DNA from: a virus
Reading direction: 5' to 3' (one strand)
Length of the DNA stretch: 64,000 nt
IMG/VR virus record: IMGVR_UViG_3300046804_001245
Span: 1-64,000 of that record
Position numbers and translations under genes: made by a program. How positions within the stretch are numbered: position 1 is the stretch's first letter; each line of letters starts with the position of its first letter. The notes beneath the pieces are model-generated. The model made no database searches. It saw nothing but the letters and a program-made list of their open reading frames with translations, and was not told where the DNA came from. Below are positions 1 through 10,200 of this stretch, in pieces.

Positions 1-1
1 A

Positions 2-25
2 GGTGAAGGCAGACAGGTTGAGTAA
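2..25 (+). CDS. 3' end of upstream gene (likely portal), truncated by window edge
   Basis: Open frame GEGRQVE* ending TAA at 25, directly upstream of the protease-capsid operon; identity inferred from position only. Confidence 0.3.
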   Translation, partial: GEGRQVE

Positions 26-43
26 TACTACTCAACTGATTAT

Positions 44-72
44 TTGCCTTATATATAATAACGTTATAAAAT
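44..72 (+). promoter_or_regulatory. sigma70-type promoter TTGCCT-N17-TAAAAT, leaderless start of protease gene
   Basis: TTGCCT 44-49, TAAAAT 67-72, ATG at 80, no SD; identical hexamers recur at 5680-5708. Confidence 0.6.
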
Positions 73-79
73 TAAGCAT

Positions 80-1399
80 ATGAATATTGAGAAATCTCTA
101 TGGTCATCAAATGGCGACAATATCAATTTGTCGGTGCCATTCACAAAAGTCAATCGTGAAAAGCGCACCGTTTCTGGTTTTGCTACGCTAGATAATCTTG
201 ATCAAACAGGAGATGTAGTTACAGCAGATGCATCATTAAAAGCATTCGAATCTTTCCGTGGAAACATTCGTGAAATGCATGGATCAAATGCTGTTGGCAA
301 GATGGTTTCATTCAAGCCAGAAACATACTATGATCCAGAATCAAAAGAATTTTACAATGGCGTTTATGTTGATGCATATATTTCAAAAGGTGCACAAGAT
401 ACATGGGAAAAGATTTTGGACGGAACTCTACAAGGATTCTCAATCGGCGGAAAGATTATTGATTCAGAAAATGAAGTCAATAAGTCAACAGGTAAGCCAG
501 TAAGATTTATTAAAGAGTATGCATTGATGGAGCTATCAGTTGTAGATTCTCCAGCAAATGAGCTATGCAACATCTTGTCAATTCAGAAGATGAATGGACA
601 ATTAATGTTTAAAGGAATTGCAGCAGAAACAAAAGTAGAGAATATTTTTTATTGTGAAGACAGTGATTCTGTATTCATGTCCACAGACACAGAATATGTA
701 TCACCAGTCTCTGGTAAGCCAGCAACTTTGATCGGTTGGGTAGAATCAAATGATACAAACAAAGCAAAGGAAATAGATAGAATTCTTGATTTACACAAGT
801 CAAGATTAACGTTGCCTGATACAAACAAAATTGCAAAACAGGCAAACGCAGAAGGAGGTAATGAAGTGTCAGAAAACACAGAAACATTGGCAGCAGTCGA
901 AGAGACTCCTGTCGTTGATGCAGCACCTGCTGAAGAAGCAGCTCCTGCCGAAGATGCAGCACCTGCTGAAGAAGCAGCGCCTGCTGAAGACGCTTCTGCC
1001 GAAACTCTGGAAAAAGCAGCCGACGTATCAGAAGTTGAGGTTGATGAACCTGATTTTGCAAAGATGCTTGGCGATCTAAAAGGCTTTTTCTCAGAAACTC
1101 TAAATAAGGCATCAGAAGCAAATGCTGCTCAAGTTACAGCTATTAAAGACACAGTTGAAACTTTCAGCAAGAGCGTTGATGGACGAATTTCAGAATTGGC
1201 AGAACAACATGCAGCACTTTCAAAGGCTGTAGAAGATATCAAGAACACGATTGATGGCGTAGAAAAGCGTGTCGGTGCGGTAGAATCAGAGACCGCAGTT
1301 AAGAAGTCCTCAGACCTTGGCGGGTCTCAGGAAGTAACAATAAAGAAATCAAAATGGAACGGTTCTTTCCTCGGTTCCGTGAATGAACTTTTAAAATAA
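80..1399 (+). CDS. prohead (capsid maturation) protease, HK97 family, fused to C-terminal scaffold region
   Basis: VSGFAT..D..GD, REMH, GFSIGG, ELSVVDSPAN motifs; acidic/coiled-coil C-terminus; precedes major capsid gene. Confidence 0.88.
   Translation: MNIEKSLWSSNGDNINLSVPFTKVNREKRTVSGFATLDNLDQTGDVVTADASLKAFESFRGNIREMHGSNAVGKMVSFKPETYYDPESKEFYNGVYVDAYISKGAQDTWEKILDGTLQGFSIGGKIIDSENEVNKSTGKPVRFIKEYALMELSVVDSPANELCNILSIQKMNGQLMFKGIAAETKVENIFYCEDSDSVFMSTDTEYVSPVSGKPATLIGWVESNDTNKAKEIDRILDLHKSRLTLPDTNKIAKQANAEGGNEVSENTETLAAVEETPVVDAAPAEEAAPAEDAAPAEEAAPAEDASAETLEKAADVSEVEVDEPDFAKMLGDLKGFFSETLNKASEANAAQVTAIKDTVETFSKSVDGRISELAEQHAALSKAVEDIKNTIDGVEKRVGAVESETAVKKSSDLGGSQEVTIKKSKWNGSFLGSVNELLK
866..1399 (+). 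CDS. nested in-frame scaffolding protein (internal GTG start)
   Basis: AAGGAGGT at 852-859, 6 nt before in-frame GTG 866; product is Ala/Glu-rich then coiled-coil. Confidence 0.6.
   Translation: MSENTETLAAVEETPVVDAAPAEEAAPAEDAAPAEEAAPAEDASAETLEKAADVSEVEVDEPDFAKMLGDLKGFFSETLNKASEANAAQVTAIKDTVETFSKSVDGRISELAEQHAALSKAVEDIKNTIDGVEKRVGAVESETAVKKSSDLGGSQEVTIKKSKWNGSFLGSVNELLK
920..1003 (+). repeat. 18-bp tandem coding repeat (AAPAEE/D x4-5)
   Basis: gcagcacctgctgaagaa-type units. Confidence 0.85.
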
Positions 1400-1418
1400 A
1401 AGGTAGGTGAAAAATATA

Positions 1419-2471
1419 ATGAGCAATGAAATGTTAGAAAAAGCAGTTGCAGCAAACACAACCGTAACAGCAGGCATGACTGGATCAGCAGTAGCTACTA
1501 CTGGTATCCACATCGGGTCTGAAGGAGAAGGTGGTCTACTCAATCCTGAGCAGTCCGCACGTTTCCTAGATTACATGTTTGACGCAACAGTAATTGGTAA
1601 GGTGGCACGTACTGTTCGCATGCGAGCAGACACCACCGAGATTGATCGTATTGGTGTTGGTGAGAAACTTATGGTTCTCGCTACAGAAGCAGATAACACA
1701 GGTTCAAACTCTGCTGTATCCTTCTCCAAGATCTCTCTTACAACAAAGAAGCTTCGCTTGGATTGGGAGCTTTCAACAGAATCTCTTGAGGACAATATCG
1801 AAGGTCCAGATCTAGAAGATCATATTGCCCGTATGATGGCAACACAGGCAGGTAATGACATTGAAGATGTACTCCTCAATGGTAATACCGCCCTTACATC
1901 AGATAACCTTTATAAGGCATTTGATGGTGTAGTCAAGAAGGCAAAGACCTACGGTCACGTTGTAGACGCTGCAGGTGCTGGTATCAGCCGTGCACTCTTC
2001 AACAGCGCCCTCAAGGCACTCCCACGTAAGTACAAGCAACGTCGTTCCGACCTTCGCTTCCTTTCTGGTTCCAATTTGATTCAGGACTTCCTGTATGCAA
2101 ATAGCATTGGAACAAACCAGACCATCCCACAAGATATCGCATCGTCGATCATCCGTGGAGAAGGCGTACAGCCTCTAGGTGGCCCAGCTGGATATGTGGC
2201 TCCATTCGCATTCGGTATTCCGATTGTTGAAGTTCCACTTCTTCCAGAAGCACAAGATGGCGATTACTCAGGCGAAACTGGCAATCATGGTGACGTCCAC
2301 TTGACATTCCCAAATAACGTAGTTATTGGTATCAAGCGTGATGTAACCGTTTACCGTTTCTTCTGGCCAAAGAAGGACGCAATTGAGTATACACTCTATA
2401 CTCGTGTTGGCGTTCAAATTGAGCAAGCAGACGCATGGGTTGTTGTTAAGAACGTTAAGGTCGCTTCCTAA
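1419..2471 (+). CDS. major capsid protein (HK97 fold)
   Basis: GGLLNPEQ..RF, ELSTESLEDNIEG motifs; ~350 aa; follows protease; ATG 1419 preferred over GTG 1407 (AGGTG SD). Confidence 0.9.
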   Translation: MSNEMLEKAVAANTTVTAGMTGSAVATTGIHIGSEGEGGLLNPEQSARFLDYMFDATVIGKVARTVRMRADTTEIDRIGVGEKLMVLATEADNTGSNSAVSFSKISLTTKKLRLDWELSTESLEDNIEGPDLEDHIARMMATQAGNDIEDVLLNGNTALTSDNLYKAFDGVVKKAKTYGHVVDAAGAGISRALFNSALKALPRKYKQRRSDLRFLSGSNLIQDFLYANSIGTNQTIPQDIASSIIRGEGVQPLGGPAGYVAPFAFGIPIVEVPLLPEAQDGDYSGETGNHGDVHLTFPNNVVIGIKRDVTVYRFFWPKKDAIEYTLYTRVGVQIEQADAWVVVKNVKVAS

Positions 2472-2490
2472 TTTAGGATTTAGATCTGCT

Positions 2491-2525
2491 GAAAGGCCCC
2501 CATTAATTTGGGGGCTTTTCCTTTT
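2491..2525 (+). terminator. intrinsic terminator
   Basis: GAAAGGCCCCCA-TTAATT-TGGGGGCTTTTC followed by CTTTT. Confidence 0.85.
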
Positions 2526-2570
2526 AATTGACTAATGCTATAATTAAATAACCTATAAAAGGAGAAATTA

Positions 2571-2969
2571 ATGTCATTTGATACATTAAAAGTTGCAGAG
2601 TTAAAGCAGATTGCGGAAGACTTTGCAGTAGACGTAACAGACCAAAAAGGTAAAAAAGATATTATTGCTGCACTCGCAGAAGAAGGCGTAACCTGGGCCA
2701 TCTATAAAAAGGCCAAGGGCATAGAGGAAGAAGAAGAAGAGATGAATGCTGCTGAATTGAAAAAGCCAGAAGCAAAACAGGTCAAACAAGAAGACTTAGT
2801 TCTAGTTAAAATGACTCGTGCTAACTTTAGATACGATATTCTAGGACACACATTTACAAAAGAACACCCATTCGTTGCTATGGACAAAGATACAGCCCAG
2901 GCAATTTTTGATAAGGAGGAAGGTTTTGTTATGGCTACTCCAAAAGAAGTTCAGGAGTTCTATAACTAA
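2571..2969 (+). CDS. head-associated protein with N-terminal Rho-N/HeH-like motif
   Basis: LKVAELKQIA...KKDII motif; extended -10 TGCTATAAT at 2536 and AGGAG SD. Confidence 0.55.
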   Translation: MSFDTLKVAELKQIAEDFAVDVTDQKGKKDIIAALAEEGVTWAIYKKAKGIEEEEEEMNAAELKKPEAKQVKQEDLVLVKMTRANFRYDILGHTFTKEHPFVAMDKDTAQAIFDKEEGFVMATPKEVQEFYN

Positions 2970-2978
2970 GCCAATTAA

Positions 2979-3968
2979 ATGGCAGAGGTTTATAAGAATA
3001 GTTACGCACCAGCAAAGACTAAAATATTCTGGGGCGGACAAATAGTAGATGCAGATGGATCAGTCCTAGTAGATATCTATGATATAACTCAGGATCCAGC
3101 AGTAACACCTGCAATAAGCCCGTCTACTCCAGTCGCAACAAATGTTGTTGCAGCAAAGTCAGAAGTAGATCCTGGCTCATACGAAATTGGTATTCCTTTT
3201 GCCTTAACAGATAGAAATAAAAATCTTAAATTAAGATGGAAATATGCGATAAGCTCTTCAAATGTCAGCCATGATACTTTTGTAGACGTTGTAACGCCAT
3301 ATGCTTCAATATCCGAAGCAGTAGAAGATTTAGGAATAGCGGTAGATCCAGCAGACCCAAACTATAAGTCATATCATGAACTTATAATGGCAGAGAAGTA
3401 TGCACGTAAAGTAATTGAAAATCATACAGGTCAGCAATTTTATTTGTACGATGATGTTCAAATAGCATATGGCGCAGGCTCAGACTTGCTACCGCTTCCA
3501 TTTAAATTAGATACATTACATGAGCTTTATGGAAATGACATTTTGCTTGTTGATAATATCAATAATGAAAATAACTGGATATTTGATCCGCTTGTTTCTG
3601 AAACTGGTTTTGGTCTAAGAGTAGACAGAAGTCAAGCTCTAGACAATACTGTATATATTGCGAATGGTATGGTACCTCCAACAATTAATGATAATTTTGG
3701 ATACGGAGCATTTAGAAAAGATGTTCGCTATAAAGTCGCTGGCAAATTTGGATGGGCGGAAGTTCCAGACAATGTTGAGCAAGCATGCATTCAATTGATG
3801 GGCGATTACTTTGCAAAAGATAAAGTATGGACCAACAAATATGTTAAAAGCGTTTCTACATTCGACTGGGATTTTGAGTATTCATCAGATGCCTATAAAG
3901 GAACAGGTAACGCCTATGCAGACCAACTATTATACCCATATGTGCTTACCACTATGGTTGTAATATGA
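2979..3968 (+). CDS. head-to-tail adaptor
   Basis: TPYAS, A..VIENHTGQQF, G.FGW..VPDNVEQA, ADQLLYPY; position after capsid. Confidence 0.7.
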   Translation: MAEVYKNSYAPAKTKIFWGGQIVDADGSVLVDIYDITQDPAVTPAISPSTPVATNVVAAKSEVDPGSYEIGIPFALTDRNKNLKLRWKYAISSSNVSHDTFVDVVTPYASISEAVEDLGIAVDPADPNYKSYHELIMAEKYARKVIENHTGQQFYLYDDVQIAYGAGSDLLPLPFKLDTLHELYGNDILLVDNINNENNWIFDPLVSETGFGLRVDRSQALDNTVYIANGMVPPTINDNFGYGAFRKDVRYKVAGKFGWAEVPDNVEQACIQLMGDYFAKDKVWTNKYVKSVSTFDWDFEYSSDAYKGTGNAYADQLLYPYVLTTMVVI

Positions 3969-4393
3969 TAGACCTATTAGATTCTTTATTGTCCATGAAG
4001 ATGGACGTCTATAGACAAAATGATTTACAAGATGCAGATACTGGTGCTATAGTAAAAGAGTGGCAGTATTATAAAACTATAGACTGCTCTGCAAAAGGAG
4101 TTATTAGCAATTCATCTTCTACAAGAACAAATAGTATCCAATCTTTTGGAACTAAATATACAAACGAAGAGATTCTTCAAGTAAGAACTGCTGATAGATT
4201 AACCTTTAGAGAGAAAATTACAAACATACGTGATTCAAAAAATAATCCAATTTGGGTAGAGTTAAACTACCCTTCAGATACTCCAACAGTATTTGAGGTA
4301 ATAGGCAGCACCCCAGTTACAGATGGATTTGGAAATGTTATATCATATAACTCCGTATTGAAGAGATCGGAGAATCAGAACATTGGACTATAG
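3965..4393 (+). CDS. head-tail stopper/closure protein
   Basis: Size, beta-rich pattern, position; ATGA overlap. Confidence 0.55.
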   Translation: MIDLLDSLLSMKMDVYRQNDLQDADTGAIVKEWQYYKTIDCSAKGVISNSSSTRTNSIQSFGTKYTNEEILQVRTADRLTFREKITNIRDSKNNPIWVELNYPSDTPTVFEVIGSTPVTDGFGNVISYNSVLKRSENQNIGL

Positions 4394-5162
4394 TATTCCC
4401 CTAGTACAAGCATCAAGTGGATTAAGATCACTAATGACTGCATCTAAAGGTAAGGTATTTAAAGAAAGTTTGGTTGCTCAAATATCTGCCTATGTTTATT
4501 ATAATGCTCAAGTAGTGAGTAAACTATCATCAAACGCAGCATTTAAAAATAAATTTAGAGAAATTATATTTAATCAAATAGATAAAGACTTTGCAGAATT
4601 TGTAGACGCACAGGCTAGAGTAAAGCCAAAATCTTTGCATCATGTTTATGAATGGCGGCAGACTGGAGACCCATCAGCTAGACTATTTAAACTAAATAAA
4701 TTAAATACAGAGGGTCTTGGATTTTCTGTATCATATGAATTTATGCCTTCAAAAACATTTGCCTCAACAGAAGGTAATCGTAGACATGTATTTACTAAAA
4801 AAGCTTCTGTGATGGAAGCTGGAATGCCTCTTAAAATTGCTCCACGCCATTCTAAGCGCTTAGTATTTGAAACTAATGATTATACAGTCTTTATGCCAGA
4901 AGGCGCCTCTGTGACCGTTAAAAGCCCAGGCGGGGCTAGTGTAAGAAATTCATTTATGATGACTTATTCAAGATTCTTTAAATCTAATCTAGTTAATGCG
5001 TCCATAAAAAAATCTGGGTTCCAACAATTATTTAATAGATCTATGTCGAAGGCTCTTAAACTACCAGCCGAAATTAGAACAGTTAAATATTCATTTAGTC
5101 CTAATACTTTGTCTGTTCAAGCAGACGCAGCACTAGCATCAGCATTTGGAGGGGCGCTATGA
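4383..5162 (+). CDS. neck/tail completion virion protein
   Basis: Position in connector cluster; TTG start. Confidence 0.45.
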   Translation: MDYSIPLVQASSGLRSLMTASKGKVFKESLVAQISAYVYYNAQVVSKLSSNAAFKNKFREIIFNQIDKDFAEFVDAQARVKPKSLHHVYEWRQTGDPSARLFKLNKLNTEGLGFSVSYEFMPSKTFASTEGNRRHVFTKKASVMEAGMPLKIAPRHSKRLVFETNDYTVFMPEGASVTVKSPGGASVRNSFMMTYSRFFKSNLVNASIKKSGFQQLFNRSMSKALKLPAEIRTVKYSFSPNTLSVQADAALASAFGGAL

Positions 5163-5674
5163 CAGTAAACTATAAATTAGATTCAATGCTTGAGCTTCGT
5201 AAATATCTATGGGGCAGAATGACAACCTTGGGCATATTTGATGCAGATGCATATTGGAGCGATAATCTAGGAGAGAACATAATTCCAATATTCCCAGTTC
5301 AACAAACTCCAGAAATGAATCAATTTTTGAGCGGGAAGAAGCATATAGTCTACGATAAGATAGGCGTCTCATATGATACCTTATGGCTTATATGCACCGA
5401 ACAAATTCTATTTACAGTGTACTCAACAGACTTCTCAGAGATAAATGAGATTAGAAACTTCATGATAGATGAATTTCGAAGAATGGATGAGTCTGCAAAA
5501 GATATAAATAAGTCTGCTGGGTTCAATTCAGAAAAGTTTAAATTCCATAGTATATATGTCGCAGACATGTCCCCTACTGCTCCTTCTGAGGAGCTACAAG
5601 GGTTTTATTCTGCAGATATCATTCTTGAGGCTCAATATTCCCGTAGCACAAACTCATCAGGCAGGTATATTTAA
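5159..5674 (+). CDS. tail terminator
   Basis: Position immediately before major tail gene; size 171 aa. Confidence 0.5.
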   Translation: MTVNYKLDSMLELRKYLWGRMTTLGIFDADAYWSDNLGENIIPIFPVQQTPEMNQFLSGKKHIVYDKIGVSYDTLWLICTEQILFTVYSTDFSEINEIRNFMIDEFRRMDESAKDINKSAGFNSEKFKFHSIYVADMSPTAPSEELQGFYSADIILEAQYSRSTNSSGRYI

Positions 5675-5679
5675 TAGGT

Positions 5680-5708
5680 TTGCCTTTTGACCCTTAATGG
5701 CCTAAAAT
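5680..5708 (+). promoter_or_regulatory. promoter TTGCCT-N17-TAAAAT for tail operon
   Basis: Same -35/-10 hexamers and spacing as 44-72. Confidence 0.6.
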
Positions 5709-5780
5709 TGGACATAGAGGAAAGAGGAAAGAGCCTAGCCAGCTCAAACAACTAAATTTTTAAATTAGGAGGTAGAAACA

Positions 5781-6473
5781 ATGGCAAAAATTAATGATGC
5801 CAAAAACATTATTGTCGGTGCAGCTCCAGTTTACATTTCTGTAAAGGACTCCACAGACCCAACATATACCGAAAATCTTCTTGATGGCGGTACAATTACG
5901 TTGGTAAATGGTACAACTGCAGCAACAACTTTGAACGCTGCAGCGTCAGTTCGTAACGTTGGTTTTACAAACAATGGTCTCCAGATCACTTATAACCCAA
6001 CATACGAAGATGTTACAGTGGATCAGCTTCTAGATGCTGCTAAATTGTTCAAGTCTGCTATGCAGGTCATGATTATGACTGAAATGACAGAAGGAACTTT
6101 GCAGAACGTTCTTACAGTATTCGGACAAAAGAGCGATACTCTTAAGAAGAGCGGATCAGCATCAACTGATCAGTATGCAGGCACCAGCGCAGACCTAACC
6201 CTAGGTCTTGAAGCAGGTGCACTAGGTAGTGCTCCAACAGAGCGCCAGCTATTTGCAGTTGGACAAGCTCCAACATACAAGTCGGGATCACCAGAAACAT
6301 CAGCAACAACTGAGCGTGTTTATTATGCTCGTCGTGTTCTCTCTGTACAACAGACTCAGTTCACACTTGCACGTAATACCCCAACTACATTCCCAGTGAC
6401 CTTCCGTCTTCTTCCAGACGCTAACTACGTCGGAGCAGAATACGGCAAGATTATTGATCGTGTACTCGCATAA
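5781..6473 (+). CDS. major tail protein
   Basis: NIIVGAA, VGFTNNGL..YNP...V.VDQL, FPVTFRLLP; strong AGGAGG SD; followed by terminator and chaperones. Confidence 0.85.
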   Translation: MAKINDAKNIIVGAAPVYISVKDSTDPTYTENLLDGGTITLVNGTTAATTLNAAASVRNVGFTNNGLQITYNPTYEDVTVDQLLDAAKLFKSAMQVMIMTEMTEGTLQNVLTVFGQKSDTLKKSGSASTDQYAGTSADLTLGLEAGALGSAPTERQLFAVGQAPTYKSGSPETSATTERVYYARRVLSVQQTQFTLARNTPTTFPVTFRLLPDANYVGAEYGKIIDRVLA

Positions 6474-6491
6474 TTAATTCAATTTAATTGC

Positions 6492-6520
6492 CAAAACCCC
6501 CATTTTTATGGGGGTTTTGT
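6492..6520 (+). terminator. intrinsic terminator-like hairpin
   Basis: CAAAACCCCCAT-TTTT-ATGGGGGTTTTG. Confidence 0.8.
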
Positions 6521-6577
6521 GCTTGTATTAATAAAATGTATTTGTTATAATGTTTATAACTATCCAAGGAGGATAAA

Positions 6578-6910
6578 TTGGCTACTACAGTATACGACGT
6601 AGAAGATATCAAACTACAGAATGGCGCAACCGTACAGTTGAAGCCATTATCAATTAAACAACTAAGAAAATTCATGACAGCCATGAATAAAGCTCAAGAA
6701 GTTACTACAGAGAATGAATCGCTTAGCGTATTAATCGACGCTTGTGCTATTGCTTTGGAGACTCAACTACCAGACTTGGTAAAAGATCGTGACGCTTTAG
6801 AAGAGGCTCTAGATGTTCCAACAATTAACAGAATTCTAGAAGTATGTGGAGGAATTAAACTAGAAGACCCAAATCTAATAGCGGCGGCGGTTCTGGCTGG
6901 TCAGAACTAG
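6578..6910 (+). CDS. tail assembly chaperone (G)
   Basis: Between major tail and tape measure genes; AAGGAGG SD before TTG. Confidence 0.8.
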   Translation: MATTVYDVEDIKLQNGATVQLKPLSIKQLRKFMTAMNKAQEVTTENESLSVLIDACAIALETQLPDLVKDRDALEEALDVPTINRILEVCGGIKLEDPNLIAAAVLAGQN

Positions 6911-7236
6911 ACCTTGCCGCTTTAGTAAAACAAGTTTTTCTTGTAGGAGCTTGGAAGAATTACCAAGAGCTAGAAGAAAATCTCTCTCTACCAGAGCTAC
7001 TGGAAACAGTAGAATCTATACACAAGAGAGAAAAAGACAACAGAATATTCTTGGCATCTTTACAAGGAGTCGACATTAAGGATGATCAAGAAAACAAAGG
7101 TCCAACCTTTGATGATATCCGACTAAGGGCTATGGGTATAGAAGCATCAAGAGATGATGTTGTTTCTTTACAAGGTTCATTAGCAGCAGAAGCTGGATTC
7201 GGAATCGGAGCAGGTCTTGGATACTCTAAGGAGTAA
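6868..7236 (+). CDS. tail assembly chaperone GT extension via -1 frameshift at C CCA AAT
   Basis: Slippery heptamer CCCAAAT 6868-6874 in X XXY YYZ phase; -1 frame open 6859-7236 (SELDLAALVKQVFLVGAWKNY...) with no good own start. Confidence 0.72.
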   Translation, partial: PKSNSGGGSGWSELDLAALVKQVFLVGAWKNYQELEENLSLPELLETVESIHKREKDNRIFLASLQGVDIKDDQENKGPTFDDIRLRAMGIEASRDDVVSLQGSLAAEAGFGIGAGLGYSKE

Positions 7237-7248
7237 AAAGTAATATAG

Positions 7249-10200
7249 ATGGCTGACGAAAAAATAGTAACTAGTATAGTTGCTAATTCTGATTTTTCAC
7301 AACTCATTGCAGATGTGCAGAGAGTTACTAACAGCCTGTCTAGATTACAACAAGAGTTTGCTGGCGCCAATAGAGCGCTTGCTGGTCAGATCGATGCTAC
7401 AAACGCAATGTTTTCAGAATCAATGCGTAAGACTGGTCAATTTTCTACACATTTCGTCAGCCTAACATCAGATGTAGAAAAATTTGGTCGCAACTTAGAT
7501 AGCGGAAGATTAAAACTTAGAGACTACTTTAGAACATATCAAGAACATGCAAGAACAAATGGCGGACTAATAAGAGACCTGGCAAAACAACAGGTACAAA
7601 TGCAAAATGCTGTATTGCAACCCCTTGGCAGAAATGCACAGGGGTTGATGCAATATAATGTTCATATTCCAAGAGGCTTAGATTTAACAAAGAATAAAGC
7701 AGCATTACTGAAGCAAGAACTTCAGATTATGAATAAGGTTATTCAAGATGGCGGAGTTCAACTTATTAACTGGGGTAAAAATACTCAGTGGGCAGGTCGT
7801 CAGTTAACAGTAGGATTAACTTTACCATTAGCTGCATTTGGCAAAGCAGCAGCAGATGCATTTAAAGTTGCAGATCAAGAATTAACTCGTTTAACTAAGG
7901 TATATGGCGATATCGCAGGAACATCATCACAAGAATTAACTAAGATTAGAAATGAAGTTGCTGCAACTGCAAAAGAGTTGTCTTCTGCTATGGGTGTTAA
8001 TTTTGCGGAAACAATAGGTCTTGCTGCTGATATAGCTGCTACTGGAAAAACTGGAGATGAACTGCTTTCTTCAGTATCTGAAACAACACGTCTTGCAGTT
8101 CTTGGTGAAGTAGATCGTCAAGAAGCAATGAAGGCAACACTAGCAATTCAATCAGCATTTAAATCTAATACGCAAGAATTAGCAGAAACAATTAACTTCT
8201 TAAACGCAGTTGAAAACCAAACTTCAACAACTCTAAATGACTTGGTGGAAGCAATTCCAAAAGCTGGACCAGTAATTAAGGGACTAGGCGGAAGCGTACA
8301 AGATCTTGCTCTTTATTTGACTGCTATGCGTGAAGGCGGAGTAAATGCATCAGAAGGTGCAAACGCTTTAAAGTCTGCCCTTGCATCTTTAATTAACCCA
8401 ACAGATGTTGCAGTGGATAAATTTAAGGGATTTGGAATTGATCTTTTAGGTATTGTTAAGAATAACGCTGGCGATGTTACAGGAACTTTACTAGCACTAC
8501 AGTCAGCCTTAGATAGATTAGATCCATTATCAAAACAGCAAGCAATTGAACAATTATTTGGTAAGTTCCAATTTTCACGTCTTAACGCATTATTTGAAAA
8601 TCTAGGACGTCAGGGAAGCCAGACTCTTCAAGTACTAGACTTGATGAAAGCAAGTGCTGGTGAATTGGAAGCTGTGGCAGGACGAGAATTGGCGGCAGTA
8701 ACAGAATCAGCTTCAGGAAGATATCGTAGAGCAGTAGAAGGACTAAAGGCAGAACTCGCAGGTGTTGGAGATGAATTCCTAGATATTGGAACAAAGCTAG
8801 TAAATGTTCTTAGCAAGATAATTGATTTTGCTGGCAAACTCCCAGATCCGATTAAAAAGATCATGGCATTTGGAGGTGCATTTACAGCAATTATCGGACC
8901 AGTAATTATGCTTACTGGTGTTCTTGCCAACTTCTTTGGATATATTATTAAAGGCCTTGGACACTTTAAGGCTCTATTTAAAGGTGCAGAAGGATTTAAA
9001 CTTTTAACACCAGAGCTTATGGCAGCTCGTGCTGCTAGCGCACAACTATCAGACGAATTCTATTCAGATGCAGCAGCAGCAAAAACTCTTAGCCTAGCAA
9101 TTGAAAAATTAAATGAAGATTTAGTTTTGCTACAAAAAAATGCTACAGGAATATCTGCAGCAGGAACAGGTGCTGGCAAAGTAGTAACAACAGTTGGTGG
9201 ATCTCCAATATTGACTATGGGTGGACCAAGAATGGTAGATCCAGAGCATCCACTTCTTGGCGGAGAATCAAGAGCTGCAGCGCATCTAAATCCTAGAGAT
9301 CCAAATAATCCATCAACAATATTTGGATTAACCATGCAACCTATTCCATTAAATAGAAAGCTTGGAAGAACCCCTCAGATAATGATGTCAGAAAGACTTC
9401 CAAACATCGAAGGCCTTACATCAGTTGGAGGATATTCAACAGGAGTTGTTGCTGGAGAACATGCTAGATATGCCGCCCTTATGGCAACACTTGGAGTGCA
9501 AAGCAAACAAGAAATTGAACAATTAAAGAAAACAATTTCTTTGGGCGGACAAGTCTCACGAGAATTTATTGATACATTTGATGATATATTGCCTATAACG
9601 CAAAGACTTACCCAAAATGCTGCAACACAATCTGCTGCAATTGTTGCAGACCTTCGTGCTGGTAAATTAAATGTTGAGCAGGCACGAGCAGCAATTATTG
9701 CAGTAAATGCTGATCTTGAAAGAATGATGGGAGTTCAAGTAAGTCAATATGCTGCTGGACGTGGCAGAACAATTGATTTAACAAAAGCTCCACTTATAGA
9801 TCAGCCAGTTGTGGACGTCTCTGGCAAACCAAATCTTCGTGGTATGTTCCGTCAAGGATCATTCCAAGATGTCATGGCTGCGGTTGGACGTGCAACACAA
9901 ACTAAAACATTTGGCGGTCCATACAGCATAGAAACTACAAGACCTATACAAAGAAATGCTGGCGGAGGAGTATTTTATAATAATGGAGATCAGGTACCTG
10001 GACCAAGTATAAATGCTGATATTGTTCCAGCAATGCTTACACCAGGCGAATTTGTAATCCGTAGAGATGTAGCACAATCAGATCCAGATGGAATGAGAGC
10101 TCTAAATGAAGGAAGAGCTGTAGTTGTTCCAGTACAAAGAAATATCGGCGGAGTAATACCTTTGCTTAGAGCATTGCAAATGCGTAGAGAATCAATTTCT

